A stretch of DNA of 64,000 nucleotides from an uncultured beta proteobacterium (GCA_963846655.1 CAWJWT010000012.1:32341-96340), one strand, 5' to 3'. Counted from the first letter of the stretch, positions 1 through 10,933 are shown. Notes: generated by a model not told the origin, from the letters alone. Numbers and translations are program-made.

Positions 1-229
1 GCACGAAGCTGATTCTTGCGAGGCTCTCCGGATTGGCGGGCGACTGCACGGCACTATCCGAGACCACGACGGTGCGGCAGACGAGCTCTACAAAGATTCT
101 CGATGCCAGAGCGCTTACAGGGTCTGCAGGCTTTATGGTTGCGGGAGCTGACATGAAGGTTCCAATCCGGTTTCAGGGACCGCCATGTTACGCGTAAAGA
201 CCCCGACGTTTCGTGCCAACCTGCGCGGC

Positions 230-955
230 TCAGCGCCTCGACCACAGCTTGCGGTTGCCCGCCCGGTAGGTAATCCGCAACGCCTGGCCATCGCTCGAGA
301 GGACGTATCTGCCGAGGAGGACCCAACCATCGTTCCTGAGCAGGTACAGCACGCCCGCGTCAGCGCGCCAGGCCGTGCGCTCGGTTGTGTCGCGGTTGCG
401 CGTGCCGAACGATCGGCTCCTGGGTCCGGCGCCGGCGCCGGTGCGCGCATACGCATAGGAACCGTCCGCACCGAACTCCATACGCTCCTCGGAAGCCTGC
501 GACGCATTGCCGGCTGTCAGGATCTCCTCGTAAGTCCAGGCCCCTACCAGCCGTAAATCGCCTATTGCCGCGCTGGGCGCAGCCTCGGGCGCTGCAATGG
601 CCGGCGCCGAGCCGACACGGTTTAGCTGCAGCGGTATGCCCGCCAATCGGCCGTCCGGGTCGGAGGATTGCGCAATCGTCAGGGTCAGCACGTCGCCCTG
701 CACGACGGCTTCGAACACGCCAGTTCCGTCCTTCGCTGCGAGCGTTCCGCTGGCGCGATTACCGTGGACTTCGCCCGACAGTGACATCCGCGCCTTGCCC
801 ATGAAATCGACTGTGCCCGTCAGGCGCCCGCCCTTCTGGTCGAGTTTTGCAGTGATTCTTCCGTACGCCTGGTCGAGGGCGTAAACGCCCGGAAACCCGG
901 CGGCTTCGCAAACGCAAACGAGCATCCAGCTTGCCGCAAAAATCACGATGCGCAT
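230..955 (-). CDS. hypothetical exported protein
   Basis: 241-aa ORF. The N-terminus MRIVIFAASWMLVCVCEAAG resembles a Sec signal peptide. No family recognised by eye. Confidence 0.55.
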   Translation of the reverse strand: MRIVIFAASWMLVCVCEAAGFPGVYALDQAYGRITAKLDQKGGRLTGTVDFMGKARMSLSGEVHGNRASGTLAAKDGTGVFEAVVQGDVLTLTIAQSSDPDGRLAGIPLQLNRVGSAPAIAAPEAAPSAAIGDLRLVGAWTYEEILTAGNASQASEERMEFGADGSYAYARTGAGAGPRSRSFGTRNRDTTERTAWRADAGVLYLLRNDGWVLLGRYVLSSDGQALRITYRAGNRKLWSRR

Positions 956-1328
956 CGCGCCCTCCCTGGACCGCCTTCAGTGGCAGATCATGCAGATTAG
1001 CACTGGCGCCCGGCGCGCGAATCCGGCTGTGTTCTTTTCCGGCAGCGCTGTAAGAAATGCCGGCCATATCCGCGATGCGTTGCGTCAAGGGGGGCGTATC
1101 GCTGCGTAAACTCGCGCGAGGCCCCGCGCGATCGTCCGGCACTATTTTTGCAGCCGACGATTTCAGAGCGGCCGATTTCAGAACGGCTGCACGCGACTGA
1201 ATGCCGGTCTCGCCGCAAATGCGACCGACTGCCGGGGCGCAAGGCCAATTGCTTCGCGCCGCATCAAATCCACGGCGCAGCAACGAGGTACTGCTGCAGC
1301 CCCAAAGCGTAACGACGAGGAGATCTCC

Positions 1329-1886
1329 ATGACTGCCCGAAAAATACCATCGCACCCAGCATCGCCGGACGAGAACCAGCAACGTCGCCCTACCGAAGCT
1401 GATCCGGTAGTTCCTGCGCGAGCGGCCCCTGACGAAGACCGGCGGGCCCGTATTGCAGAGCGCGCCTATTCCCATGCGCAACGACGCGGCTTCCGGGACA
1501 ATGGCCAGATCGAAGATTGGCTGAATGCTGAGCGCGAAATCGACCAGGAGAGCCGCAGCAGCGGTGTAAAAGAGGAAGCTTCGCTCAAAAGCGATCCGAT
1601 TTCCGACAAAGCCATAAACCGACTTTCCTCGTCGCCCCGCGCGAGCGAGGAAGAACATATCGAGCCCGATCACGTGCAGGACTGGGCCCAGCGGCTGGGC
1701 GTTGCATCCACACGATTGCGCGAAGCGATCCAGCGCGTGGGCTCCCGGGTACCGGATATCCAGCAGTTCCTCGAAGATTCCGCCCAGCCCGGTGAGCCGT
1801 CAAGTACCGACACCGACAGCGCCAGGAAACCCCGCGCAACACGCAAAAGAAAAAGCACTTCGGATGGCGTGAATCGGGATGGCTGA
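1329..1886 (+). CDS. DUF2934-like plus DUF3606-like small protein
   Basis: 185 aa. IAERAYSHAQRRGFRDNGQIEDWLNAEREI matches the DUF2934 pattern as I remember it. The C-terminal HVQDWAQRLGVASTRLREAIQRVGSRVPDIQQFL resembles DUF3606. Confidence 0.65.
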   Translation: MTARKIPSHPASPDENQQRRPTEADPVVPARAAPDEDRRARIAERAYSHAQRRGFRDNGQIEDWLNAEREIDQESRSSGVKEEASLKSDPISDKAINRLSSSPRASEEEHIEPDHVQDWAQRLGVASTRLREAIQRVGSRVPDIQQFLEDSAQPGEPSSTDTDSARKPRATRKRKSTSDGVNRDG

Positions 1887-1930
1887 CGGCGCGAAAGGCG
1901 GCGCTGCCGAATCCGCAGAGCGCGAAAGCG

Positions 1931-2689
1931 TCAGGGCGAACGCAACAAAGCAAGAATCTTCTGCAGCAAAGGCGTAACTTCCGATCGGCTGTCCAGAAAA
2001 AAACGGGCAGCCGAGGCGGGGAAATCGCGACCGATGCGCACGGTCAGCCAGTCGAGCGTTGCGCGCGCGAACACCGATTCGTCGTTCAGGTCATCGCCGA
2101 TGAATAGTGCCGTGTCCGTCCCGGCCCGGCGTACCAGCGATGCGATGGCATCGCCTTTGTCCGGCGCATCGGCCGGTGCCACATTGACGACGCACTTTCC
2201 GCCAAACGTCTTCAGTCCCGGCCCGGGTTTGCGCAGCACATCGTCGATGCGCGCGCTCGCCAGCGCCTGATTTCTCGCGAGGCGGTAGTGCAGCGCGAGC
2301 GAGTAGTGCTTGTCCTCGATCTCCACGCCGGCCGCGCTGAGTGTGGCGGCATGATCGGCCAGGCGGCGGCGCAGCGCATCGAGCGGGACGTTGTCGGGAC
2401 GGCGCACGTCGCCCGCCGGATCTTCGCATCCGTGGTTACCGATGATATAGCGGGGCTCGAAACCCAGGCGCGGAGTAACGTCGGCCACCGAGCGTCCGGT
2501 CACGACCGCGACCGGCGTTCTGGCCGCCAGTTGTTCCAGCCAGAACGAGACGGATTTAGGCACGCGCGCGTGCTCGTGGCGCGCCACGATGGGCGCGAGG
2601 GTGCCGTCAAAATCGAACGCCAGCAAGGGACGATGGCGCATTGCCGCTTCCAGGGCCTGGTCCCCCGCGGGGGAAAACAGATGTTTCAT
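1931..2689 (-). CDS. otsB: trehalose-6-phosphate phosphatase
   Basis: 252 aa with the HAD motif FDFDGTLAP and GDDLNDE. It starts 3 nt after the stop of the upstream otsA, so the two form an operon. Confidence 0.9.
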   Translation of the reverse strand: MKHLFSPAGDQALEAAMRHRPLLAFDFDGTLAPIVARHEHARVPKSVSFWLEQLAARTPVAVVTGRSVADVTPRLGFEPRYIIGNHGCEDPAGDVRRPDNVPLDALRRRLADHAATLSAAGVEIEDKHYSLALHYRLARNQALASARIDDVLRKPGPGLKTFGGKCVVNVAPADAPDKGDAIASLVRRAGTDTALFIGDDLNDESVFARATLDWLTVRIGRDFPASAARFFLDSRSEVTPLLQKILALLRSP

Positions 2690-2692
2690 GGC

Positions 2693-4927
2693 CTACTCTA
2701 TCTGGTGGAGCTGGACTCGCGCCTCGCTGCGCTGACGCAGGCGCAGCCTTGCCGCATCGAGAAGCATGCGGCCCGCCCACCGGAAAACGTTGTACTCGCG
2801 AACCGTCATGCGCAGGCTGGCCATGCGTTCACGCTGTTCCGCCTCGGGCATCTGCAGCCCGCGGAACAGGGCATCGGCGGTTTCCTCGACATGATATGGA
2901 TTAACGATCAGCGCCTCAGGCAACTCGCGCGCAGCGCCGGCAAAGCGGCTGAGCATCAGCACGCCGTGCTCATCGTCGCGCGCCGCGATGAACTCCTTGC
3001 AAACAAGGTTCATGCCGTCATGCAGGCTGGTGACCATGCACACATCTGCGGCGCGATAGATTTCGGTGATCTGCGCTTTCTCGTGATGCTCCACGCGCAA
3101 ATGCACCGGCTGGTAGCCGTCGCTGCCAAAGCGCTTGTTGATGCGCTCGGTCGTTTGCGCGATGCGCAATTGAAAGGCGTTGTACTCTTCGAGCGAGGCG
3201 CGCGTGGGGGCGGCCACCTGCAACAGGCTGAAGCGGCCGACCATCTGCGGATATTTCTCCAGCATGCGCTCGACCGCGTGCAGCCGTTCGAGAATGCCTT
3301 TGGTGTAATCGAACCGGTCGACCCCCACCGCCAGACGATGTTCAGGCGAAACGCCGAGCGCCGCAAGAAGATTGCTGCGGCATTGCGCGACGGAATCCCC
3401 GTGCGCATCCGCAGGCCATTCAATCGAGATCGGATAGCTTTCGATTAACGTGTCGTCGTTGTTGAAGGTGATCGTGGAGTGCTCGTGCTCGATGCGCGCT
3501 TCCAGATAACGGTCCACCGTTTCGATGAAATTCCGGCAATGAAAGCGGGTATGGAAGCCGATGATGGTGCTGCCGAGCATCCCTCGAAGGATCTCCCGAT
3601 GCCACGGACAAATACCGAACGCTTCCGGATTCGGCCAGGGAATATGCCAGAAGGTGATGATCGTGGCGCGCGGCAATTTCTCGCGCACCATCGCCGGCAA
3701 CAGCGCGAAGTGATAATCCTGCACCAGCACTACGGGGTCTTCGCTGCGCGCCTCCGCCACCACGGCATCGGCGAAGCGCCGGTTGATTTCACGGTAGGCC
3801 TGCCAGTCGCTCTCCCGAAAAACCGGCCGCACATGGGCAACGTGGCATAGCGGCCACATGCCCTCGTTGGCAAAACCGTAGTAGTACCCGCGTTCTTCCT
3901 CGGCGGTGAGCCAGATCCTGCGCAGCGTGTAGTCATTGCGCTCCGGCGGGGCGGGCACGCGATCCGAGGCGTCGACCACTTTACGGTCGGCGCTGCCGCT
4001 GCCATGCGCGATCCAGGTGCCGGAGCAGGCGCGCATCACGGGCTCGACGGCGGTGACGAGGCCGCTGGCAGGACGGCGGACGACGACGCCGCCGGCCCCG
4101 TCGTTTTCGTGAATATAAGGTTCGCGGTTGGACACGACGATGACCTGATCGCCTCGCAACTGGGTGCGCAGCAGCCAGCGCAATCGTTCCGGATTCCATT
4201 CGATGGCCGGCCCGATGGATCTGCGATATTCGTCATCGAGATCGCGCATGCGCGCGCGCAAGTCGTCCGCGAAGGGGGCCAGTTCGGGCGCGGTCAGCAT
4301 CGGCCGCACCAATCCCTCGCCGCGAAGCAGCGCGCGCGCCCCCGAGACCCAACCGCGCCAGCTCAACTGGGCCACCACGACGGTGATGGCGGCGATCACC
4401 ACGCCGAGCACGATGATGAATATGATCAGGTGGCGCCGCGTGTCCTGGCTGCGCCGCTCGATGAAGCTCAAGTCGTGCACGATCAGAAGGTCTGCGATCG
4501 GGCCGGTTTCCGAGACGACGGAATGCACGCCAACGTGCACGCGTCCGCCTTCCACCTGCAACTGCGAACGTTGCTTATCCGACATGTCGCGCACGCTGCG
4601 ACAATCAAGAGACGGAGGAAATCCCGGTGTCTTGCGCGCCAGCGTTCCGTCGGGGGTGCACAAACCGATCGCGACCAGACGCTCGTCCTGCACGACGCGT
4701 CCAAACAGGTTCTGCAGCCGGTTCTTCTTCTTGTTCTGCGTATCCTGCAGTCCTTCGGCGATCGAATCTGACAGCGTGTTGGCAACCAGCATGCCGCGCG
4801 TATCGAGATCGCGCGAAAACCAGCGCAGCGTGAGCCCGTCCATCACCGGCAGGACGAAGTACGCCGCTGCCACGAGAGCCAGAATCAAGGGCACCAGAAA
4901 ACGCAGTTGCAGCCGAAATGTCTTCAT
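2693..4927 (-). CDS. otsA: alpha,alpha-trehalose-phosphate synthase (GT20) with an N-terminal two-TM extension
   Basis: The ORF is 2693..4999. The preferred start is MKTFRLQ at 4927. The GT20 core ([21 protein letters not shown]-like [22 protein letters not shown]) follows about 270 aa that contain two hydrophobic helices. Confidence 0.9.
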   Translation of the reverse strand: MKTFRLQLRFLVPLILALVAAAYFVLPVMDGLTLRWFSRDLDTRGMLVANTLSDSIAEGLQDTQNKKKNRLQNLFGRVVQDERLVAIGLCTPDGTLARKTPGFPPSLDCRSVRDMSDKQRSQLQVEGGRVHVGVHSVVSETGPIADLLIVHDLSFIERRSQDTRRHLIIFIIVLGVVIAAITVVVAQLSWRGWVSGARALLRGEGLVRPMLTAPELAPFADDLRARMRDLDDEYRRSIGPAIEWNPERLRWLLRTQLRGDQVIVVSNREPYIHENDGAGGVVVRRPASGLVTAVEPVMRACSGTWIAHGSGSADRKVVDASDRVPAPPERNDYTLRRIWLTAEEERGYYYGFANEGMWPLCHVAHVRPVFRESDWQAYREINRRFADAVVAEARSEDPVVLVQDYHFALLPAMVREKLPRATIITFWHIPWPNPEAFGICPWHREILRGMLGSTIIGFHTRFHCRNFIETVDRYLEARIEHEHSTITFNNDDTLIESYPISIEWPADAHGDSVAQCRSNLLAALGVSPEHRLAVGVDRFDYTKGILERLHAVERMLEKYPQMVGRFSLLQVAAPTRASLEEYNAFQLRIAQTTERINKRFGSDGYQPVHLRVEHHEKAQITEIYRAADVCMVTSLHDGMNLVCKEFIAARDDEHGVLMLSRFAGAARELPEALIVNPYHVEETADALFRGLQMPEAEQRERMASLRMTVREYNVFRWAGRMLLDAARLRLRQRSEARVQLHQIE

Positions 4928-5237
4928 TCGAGGATCGGGGCCAGGCGGTGCGGCAAAAATGAGTCCACCGCTGTTCAAAATCAGTGTTACGGAGGGCAAA
5001 CAGGATGGTCGTGCATTCCCTCACCGGATCGCGGTGGGTTCAGCGAGGCGCGCGAAGCATGTATATTCGAACTTTACCGCGATTCGCTCATCGGCGCGAT
5101 GCTCAAATCGCGGCTTCGCTTTACACGCGAATCAATCCGCCGCTTCGCCGTAGCTCGTCACGCCGCGCGACCAGCCCCGCCGGGCCGCCGGGGGACTGAG
5201 CGCAAATTGCGACTTTTTTCATTGAAACGCTTTCTCA

Positions 5238-6200
5238 TTGAAACGGACCTTGCCAGTGGAAAATAACATTCTGGTGTATGCGAGTCAGTGGTGGCACGAA
5301 CTCGGCGAGTTCGCGAATGCAAGTCTGCGCATTGTGATCATCCTTCTGATCGCATGGATCGCCACGCGCGTGGTCAAGCGCGCCATCCGCGCTTTCAGGG
5401 CGCGTGTGACGAGTCGGCTCGACGATCGCGAGACGCTGAAGCGGGCCGAAACGCTGAGCCGGGTTTTCCGTTACATCACCTCGGTGGTGATCTGGCTGAT
5501 CGCCGGCATGCTGATGCTGTCCGAGATCGGCATATCGCTGGCGCCCATCCTGGGGGCGGCCGGCGTGGCGGGACTGGCGATCGGCTTCGGCGCACAGAGT
5601 CTGGTCAAAGACTATTTCACCGGCTTCTTTCTGCTGCTGGAGAATCAGATCCGGCAGGGCGACGTAGTGCGAGTCGGGGATCATGCCGGATTGGTCGAGG
5701 AAGTGACATTGCGCTTCGTGCAGTTGCGCGACTACGACGGCTACGTGCATTTCGTGCCCAACGGCACCATCTCCACGGTCATCAACATGAGTCGCGGTTT
5801 CGCCCAGTCCGTGGTGAACATCGGCGTCGCCTACAAGGAAGACATCGATCATGTGACGGGCGTCATGCGCGAAGTGGCCGAAGAACTGCGAAACGACAAG
5901 GAGTTCGCCCCGCGCATCCTGGACAAGTTCGAACTCGCCGGCGTCGAGCGCTGGGACGATTCGGCGATCGTCATCCGTGGCCGGTTCCGGGTCATGCCGC
6001 TGGAGCAATGGAACGTCAGGCGTGAGTATCTGCGCCGGTTGAAATACGCGTTCGACAAGGCCGGCATCGAAATTCCATTCCCGCACATCACGCTGTATCC
6101 GGGGCAGGCGCGCCCGGGTCGCCCGCCTGTGTTTCCGGTGACGCTCGATCAGCCGGAAGCCCCCGCGGGCACAACGGTGAAGCGCGAGCCGTCAGAATGA
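5238..6200 (+). CDS. mechanosensitive ion channel (MscS family)
   Basis: 320 aa with TM helices followed by an MscS-type beta domain (GDVVRVGDHAGLVEEVTLRFVQLRDYDGYVHFVPNG). The start is uncertain: TTG 5238, TTG 5250 or GTG 5256, and there is no in-frame ATG. Confidence 0.8.
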   Translation: MKRTLPVENNILVYASQWWHELGEFANASLRIVIILLIAWIATRVVKRAIRAFRARVTSRLDDRETLKRAETLSRVFRYITSVVIWLIAGMLMLSEIGISLAPILGAAGVAGLAIGFGAQSLVKDYFTGFFLLLENQIRQGDVVRVGDHAGLVEEVTLRFVQLRDYDGYVHFVPNGTISTVINMSRGFAQSVVNIGVAYKEDIDHVTGVMREVAEELRNDKEFAPRILDKFELAGVERWDDSAIVIRGRFRVMPLEQWNVRREYLRRLKYAFDKAGIEIPFPHITLYPGQARPGRPPVFPVTLDQPEAPAGTTVKREPSE

Positions 6201-6222
6201 GGTCAGGCGAACACGACGCGCG

Positions 6223-7257
6223 TTACTTGATCGCGCCTCCGGGGAAGCGGTCCATGTTCTGACGTTCGAACATCCACCCGGGATACTCGGGCGGCAGCCT
6301 GCTCGTTTCATCGAGCGTTTTCAGTTCTGCCTGCGTGAGCCGCAGATCGGTTGCCGCAATATTGTCGGCGAGCTGCTGCGTCGTCCGGGCACCCACGATG
6401 ACGCTCGCCACGGCGGCTTGATGCAGGAGCCATGCGACTGCTACGCGCGCGACGGAAACGTCATGGGCCTGCGCAATGGGTCGCATCGCATCGACGCACT
6501 TGAAGGCGCGAGATCGGTCGATTGGCGGAAAGTCGAAATTCGTGCGTCGCGCGCCTTCGGGCCCCTTGGCGTCTTCGCTGAATTTGCCGGACAGCAGGCC
6601 CCCGGCGAGCGGACTCCATACCAGGATTCCAAGCCCCTGATCGGAGGCCATCGGAACGATTTCGCGCTCCAGGTCGCGCCCTGCCAGCGAGTAGTAGGCC
6701 TGTACGCTCTCGAACCGGTTCCACCCGCGTTGCTGCGAAATGCCGAGGGCTTTCATGATCTGCCAGGCCGCGTGATTGCTGACGCCGAGATAGCGCACCT
6801 TGCCGGAGCGCACCAGGTCTTCGAGCGCGCGCAGCGTTTCCTCCATCGGGGTGGCGACGTCCTGGCCGTGGATCTGGTAGAGGTCGATGTGCTCGAGTTG
6901 CAGCCGCCGCAGGCTGTGATTGACGCCATCCATGATGTGGCCGCGTGAAAGCCCCACGTTGTTCGGCCCCGGCCCCATGCGAATGCGAACTTTGGAAGCA
7001 ACGACGAGATCTTCGCGCGCAAGCTTGAGATTCTTCAGGGCCTGCCCGACGAGCTCTTCGGACATTCCCTCGGAATAGACGTCGGCGGTGTCGATGAAAT
7101 TGATGCCCGCATCAACCGCCGCGCCGATCTGGCTTTCGACCTCCTGCAGGCCGAGCTGACCGATCGGCGCCCAGCGCCCCTTGCCGCCATAAGTCATCGT
7201 GCCAAGACATATTTCCGAAACGAGCAAGCCCGAACGGCCGAGCAGACGGTAACGCAT
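6223..7257 (-). CDS. aldo/keto reductase
   Basis: 344 aa with typical AKR features (GLLVSEICLGTMTYG, INFIDTADVYS, YLGVSN). Confidence 0.9.
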   Translation of the reverse strand: MRYRLLGRSGLLVSEICLGTMTYGGKGRWAPIGQLGLQEVESQIGAAVDAGINFIDTADVYSEGMSEELVGQALKNLKLAREDLVVASKVRIRMGPGPNNVGLSRGHIMDGVNHSLRRLQLEHIDLYQIHGQDVATPMEETLRALEDLVRSGKVRYLGVSNHAAWQIMKALGISQQRGWNRFESVQAYYSLAGRDLEREIVPMASDQGLGILVWSPLAGGLLSGKFSEDAKGPEGARRTNFDFPPIDRSRAFKCVDAMRPIAQAHDVSVARVAVAWLLHQAAVASVIVGARTTQQLADNIAATDLRLTQAELKTLDETSRLPPEYPGWMFERQNMDRFPGGAIK

Positions 7258-7464
7258 GGCACCTCCATAAAAGGCCGGGATTTCCCGTTTCCCTGCCGTT
7301 GGCGGGGTACAAGGTCGTCGCAGCGGGATTCGGCAAGAACGCCGTGCGCCGGGTCGAGCAGCGAAGGGCGCGGCGCCTGACCGAGTATAGGCGCTTGGTA
7401 ATGGCGTTCGATCGCGGTGCGTCTGCCTATAATGGCAAACGGCACAACAATAAGGAATGGGGGA

Positions 7465-8424
7465 ATGTCCATGAGGTTTGTGATCGCAGCCCTGGCGTGG
7501 GCCTGCCTGGCAGGGATGCCGGCGGTCGCGTCGGACCCCTTGCCGCAGTGGGCCTATCCGGTAAATCCACCGGGGCTACAACCCGAACCTGACAACGGCG
7601 CCTTGAAGCAGGTGCCCAACAGCGTCGCGGTCTACACGCTGACCCAGATCCGCGACTTGTTCGATCCGCCGGACTGGCATCCCGCCAGCCACCCGACGAT
7701 GCCCGAGGTGGTCGGGCGCGGCAAGAAGCCCGGCCAGTTCGCGTGCGGCTATTGCCACTTGCCCAACGGATTGGGTCGCCCCGAAAACTCGAGCCTTGCG
7801 GGATTGCCCGCCGCGTACATCGAACAGCAGGTTGCGGATTTCCGCAACGGCACGAGAAAGAGCTCCGAGCCTGCGAGCCTTCCGATCAATCTGATGATCG
7901 CCGTAGCGCAACAGGTCAGCGAGGAAGACACGAAAGTGGCAGCCGGTTATTTCGCCGCGCTGAAGCCGGCACCCTGGATCCGCGTCGTGGAAACCGGCAC
8001 GGTTCCCAAGACCCGCGTCGGCGGGTGGATGCTGGTGGCCGACGAAAGCGGCGGCACCGAGCCGATCGGCCAACGCATTATCGAAATGCCGGAAGATCTT
8101 GAACGTACCGAGTTGCGCGACTCGGCCTCCGGCTTCGTCGCCTATGTGCCGGTGGGCAGCCTGCAAAAAGGCGAAGCCCTGGCCACGACCGGGGCCGGCA
8201 AAACGACGCCCTGCGCGATTTGCCATGGTGCGGGACTCAAAGGGCTTGGGCCGGTTCCGGCGCTGGCCGGCCGCTCGCCAAGCTATACCATGCGCCAACT
8301 CCGTGACCTGCGGCATGGCATGCGCAACGGCCCCTGGGCGGCGCTGATGAAGCCGGTCGTCGCGGGCTTGAGCGAACAGGACATGTTGGCGCTGGCCGCT
8401 TACACCGCCTCGCTCCCGCCCTGA
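7465..8424 (+). CDS. dihaem c-type cytochrome, exported
   Basis: Two CXXCH motifs (CGYCH, CAICH) and a signal peptide MSMRFVIAALAWACLAGMPAVA. AAGGA/GGGGGA lies upstream of the ATG at 7465. Confidence 0.8.
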   Translation: MSMRFVIAALAWACLAGMPAVASDPLPQWAYPVNPPGLQPEPDNGALKQVPNSVAVYTLTQIRDLFDPPDWHPASHPTMPEVVGRGKKPGQFACGYCHLPNGLGRPENSSLAGLPAAYIEQQVADFRNGTRKSSEPASLPINLMIAVAQQVSEEDTKVAAGYFAALKPAPWIRVVETGTVPKTRVGGWMLVADESGGTEPIGQRIIEMPEDLERTELRDSASGFVAYVPVGSLQKGEALATTGAGKTTPCAICHGAGLKGLGPVPALAGRSPSYTMRQLRDLRHGMRNGPWAALMKPVVAGLSEQDMLALAAYTASLPP

Positions 8425-8429
8425 AAGCG

Positions 8430-8743
8430 CTTGTAAACGGCGCTGGACCCCGCGCTTCTGATGGCGCCTGGCGATACGTCGATCACGCCTTATGCCTGTA
8501 CGCCATAGTCATATATTTTTCCGGATTATGCATATAAAACAGCCCTTCCGGGCCATTTCAGCCCTTTGACCGCAGGCGGCCAAAAGGGTATAAGGAAGCC
8601 GCAGGAATCTCCAAGCGCTGAATTGCTGGTCGGTCGTAGCCCCGTATTAACGGTACTCCTCAGATCTCCTTAATTTCTCCTCTTGGTCTGCCGCCTTCTG
8701 GCGAGAACCCTTATTACTAATTCTCTTTCAAGGACGAATAAAG
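8430..8743 (+). promoter_or_regulatory. long AT-richer leader/promoter region of cspA (possible cold-shock 5-prime UTR)
   Basis: About 310 bp of non-coding, lower-GC sequence lies directly upstream of a cspA-type gene. Long structured leaders are typical of cspA mRNAs. No motif was verified. Confidence 0.35.
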
Positions 8744-8947
8744 ATGGCTTCAGGTACCGTCAAGTGGTTCAACGACGCAAAAGGTTTTGGTTTTATCACC
8801 CCCGATGATGGCGGCAAGGATCTGTTCGCGCATTTCTCCGCTATCCAGGGTAATGGTTTCAAGTCGCTCAAGGAGAACCAGAAGGTCACGTTCGACAAGA
8901 CAACCGGCCCCAAGGGTGATCAGGCGTCCAATATTCGGCCCGCATGA
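8744..8947 (+). CDS. cspA: cold-shock protein (CspA family)
   Basis: 67 aa: [35 protein letters not shown], with the RNP1/RNP2 motifs. Confidence 0.95.
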   Translation: MASGTVKWFNDAKGFGFITPDDGGKDLFAHFSAIQGNGFKSLKENQKVTFDKTTGPKGDQASNIRPA

Positions 8948-8967
8948 TCGCCGAGTAAGGGAAGGCC

Positions 8968-9001
8968 AAAAAAAGCCCGGACAACCGGGCTTTTTCTTTT
9001 T
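8968..9001. terminator. bidirectional rho-independent terminator
   Basis: AAAAAAAGCCCGG-ACAA-CCGGGCTTTTTCTTTTT. An A-run and a T-run flank a GC stem between convergent cspA and the ABC exporter. Confidence 0.8.
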
Positions 9002-9026
9002 CCGGTCCGGCCACCAATGTGGCCAC

Positions 9027-10823
9027 CTAGGCAATGCTGCCGAGTGGCGCGTCTTCCGCTGCGGCCGTCTGCGAACGAACAAGGCGCGCATAAAGTCCGT
9101 TGTGCCCGACCAGGCTTTGATGGGTTCCCCGTTCGACGATGCGGCCGCCGTCGAAAACCAGAATGAGGTCCGCGCGCCGCACCGTAGAGAGACGGTGCGC
9201 GATCACGAATGTCGTGCGCCCGCGCATGAGCGCCTGCAGCGCGCGTTGCACACTGGCTTCGGTAATCGAATCCAGCGCGCTGGTCGCCTCGTCGAGAATC
9301 AGGATGGGAGGGTCCTTGAGCAAGGCGCGCGCGATGGCGATGCGCTGGCGCTCGCCACCGCTCAACGTGCTGCCGCGCTCTCCAACGAGCGTATCGTAGC
9401 CAAGCGGTTGTTTGAGGATGAACTCGTGCGCCTCGGCGGCGCGGGCGGCTTGTTTCATTTCCTCCCCGGTGGCCTGCGGCCGGCCGATGCGGATATTCTC
9501 GGCAATCGACCGGTGCAACAGCGCGCTTTCCTGGAACACAATGCCGATGTTGTGGCGCAGGGAATCCACGGTGAGGTCGCGGATGTCGATGCCGTCGACG
9601 CGGATGGACCCGGTTTGCGGATCGTGCAACCGGGTCAGCAGGGACGCCGTGGTGGTTTTCCCCGCACCCGTGGCCCCGACCAGTGCCACCATGCAACCCG
9701 CCGGCGCCTCGAAGTTGATATTGCTGATCGCCGGGCGTTCGGTGTCGGTGTGGTAGGCGAACGAGACGTTCTCGAATCGCACATTGCCGCGCGAGCGGCC
9801 GAGTTCGATCGCGTCCGGACGATCCCGAATCATGGGCACGGTATCCATGACCGAGAAAAATGCGGCGACGCTGGGCATTTCGACGAACATCTGGCTGATG
9901 AACCGGCCCATTTGTTCCAGGCGTCCGATCAACAGGGACGCAAAGCCCATGAACGTGACGATCTGCCCGACTGTGCTCTGGCGCTTGAATACCAACCAGG
10001 TACCCAGTGCGAAAATGCCGATGATGGTGATGGTCGAGGCGGCGCGCGTGAGCACGTTGATGCCGGCCCAGTAAGTCAGGATGGGATACTGCGCGCCGAG
10101 AATGCGGCGGGTGAGTTGCTTCAGCGCCGAGGTTTCCTCGGCACGATGAACGTAACTCTGGATCAGTCTGACGTTGCCGAATGCGTCCCCCACCCGCGCA
10201 GCCAGCTCGGAGTCTGCCACTTCCACGGCTACCTGGGCGGCCTCGGTGCGGCGGATGCCGTAAGCCGTGAAAGCGGTAAACGCGGCCATGAACAAAATGA
10301 GCAGCAACCCGAGCCGCCAGTTCAGGAACATCGACAGCGGCAGCAGCACCACCAGCGTGATGAGCGTGCCGAAATGCTCGCGGAAAAACGCCAGCCAGAA
10401 ACCGAACAGATACGTCGTCGCGCGCAGCATGGTGCGCAGCAGGCGGGCCGAATGCTTGTCCGAATGAAATTCGAATGACAGCGCGAGCACGTGCTCGAAA
10501 TAACTGACGGTCACGCCCAGGCGCCGGCGATGCGCGAGCCGGTCGGCGTTCAATGCAAGCAGGAAGTTGGCGAGCAACCCGCTCAGGCCGACGCCCGCCC
10601 ACGCACCCAGCGTGATCAGGCTCGCCTGCCAGAGTTGCGCGCTGGTGTGGGTCGCCGCCCCGGCCAGCACGTCGATGAGGCGGCCGAACAGGATCGGCTC
10701 GAAGAAAAACAGCGTCGCAACGACGACGTTCGCGACCGCGAGCAGGACGACAGCCTTGCGCTCCTTCGAGAGCAGTTGCAATGCGCGGGCGTACGTTTGG
10801 AAGAAAGTCAGGGGATCGGCCAT
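9027..10823 (-). CDS. ndvA: ABC exporter (fused permease/ATPase), ChvA/NdvA-like beta-glucan exporter
   Basis: 598 aa. The N-terminal half aligns by eye with Agrobacterium ChvA as I remember it (FQTYARALQLLS, EPILFGRLID, ADRLAHRRR, AQYPILTYWA, GFASLLIGRL). Walker A is GATGAGKTT and the signature is LSGGERQR. Confidence 0.8.
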   Translation of the reverse strand: MADPLTFFQTYARALQLLSKERKAVVLLAVANVVVATLFFFEPILFGRLIDVLAGAATHTSAQLWQASLITLGAWAGVGLSGLLANFLLALNADRLAHRRRLGVTVSYFEHVLALSFEFHSDKHSARLLRTMLRATTYLFGFWLAFFREHFGTLITLVVLLPLSMFLNWRLGLLLILFMAAFTAFTAYGIRRTEAAQVAVEVADSELAARVGDAFGNVRLIQSYVHRAEETSALKQLTRRILGAQYPILTYWAGINVLTRAASTITIIGIFALGTWLVFKRQSTVGQIVTFMGFASLLIGRLEQMGRFISQMFVEMPSVAAFFSVMDTVPMIRDRPDAIELGRSRGNVRFENVSFAYHTDTERPAISNINFEAPAGCMVALVGATGAGKTTTASLLTRLHDPQTGSIRVDGIDIRDLTVDSLRHNIGIVFQESALLHRSIAENIRIGRPQATGEEMKQAARAAEAHEFILKQPLGYDTLVGERGSTLSGGERQRIAIARALLKDPPILILDEATSALDSITEASVQRALQALMRGRTTFVIAHRLSTVRRADLILVFDGGRIVERGTHQSLVGHNGLYARLVRSQTAAAEDAPLGSIA

Positions 10824-10933
10824 GGATCGCTCACCGCCGGGGCGGTGCGCTCCGGTCGATGCAGGTGTGAGGCGTAGCGCGCGGTTTTGGTTCCCGCTGC
10901 GAAGTTCACGGGCGGCGCGCCGTGCGCCGCGCT

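Noticed and set aside
1155-1187. 15-bp near-repeat CGATTTCAGAGCGGC / CGATTTCAGAACGGC
   Set aside because: There are only two imperfect copies in a non-coding gap, and no further structure or recurrence was seen in the window.
759-1673. 304-aa minus-strand ORF spanning the 955-1329 gap and overlapping two other genes
   Set aside because: Its composition is the Arg/Ala/Gly-rich pattern typical of off-frame ORFs in high-GC DNA. It overlaps better-supported genes on both sides, and no motif was recognised.
5219-5245. 11-bp direct repeat TCATTGAAACG x2 at the MscS start region
   Set aside because: It is short and could arise by chance in an AT-richer promoter region. It is noted only because it complicates choosing the TTG start.
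8787-10602. 563-aa plus-strand and 560-aa minus-strand ORFs over the ABC exporter locus
   Set aside because: They are shadow frames of the ndvA-like gene with Arg/His/Gly-rich low-complexity translations. The 9027..10823 frame carries Walker and signature motifs.
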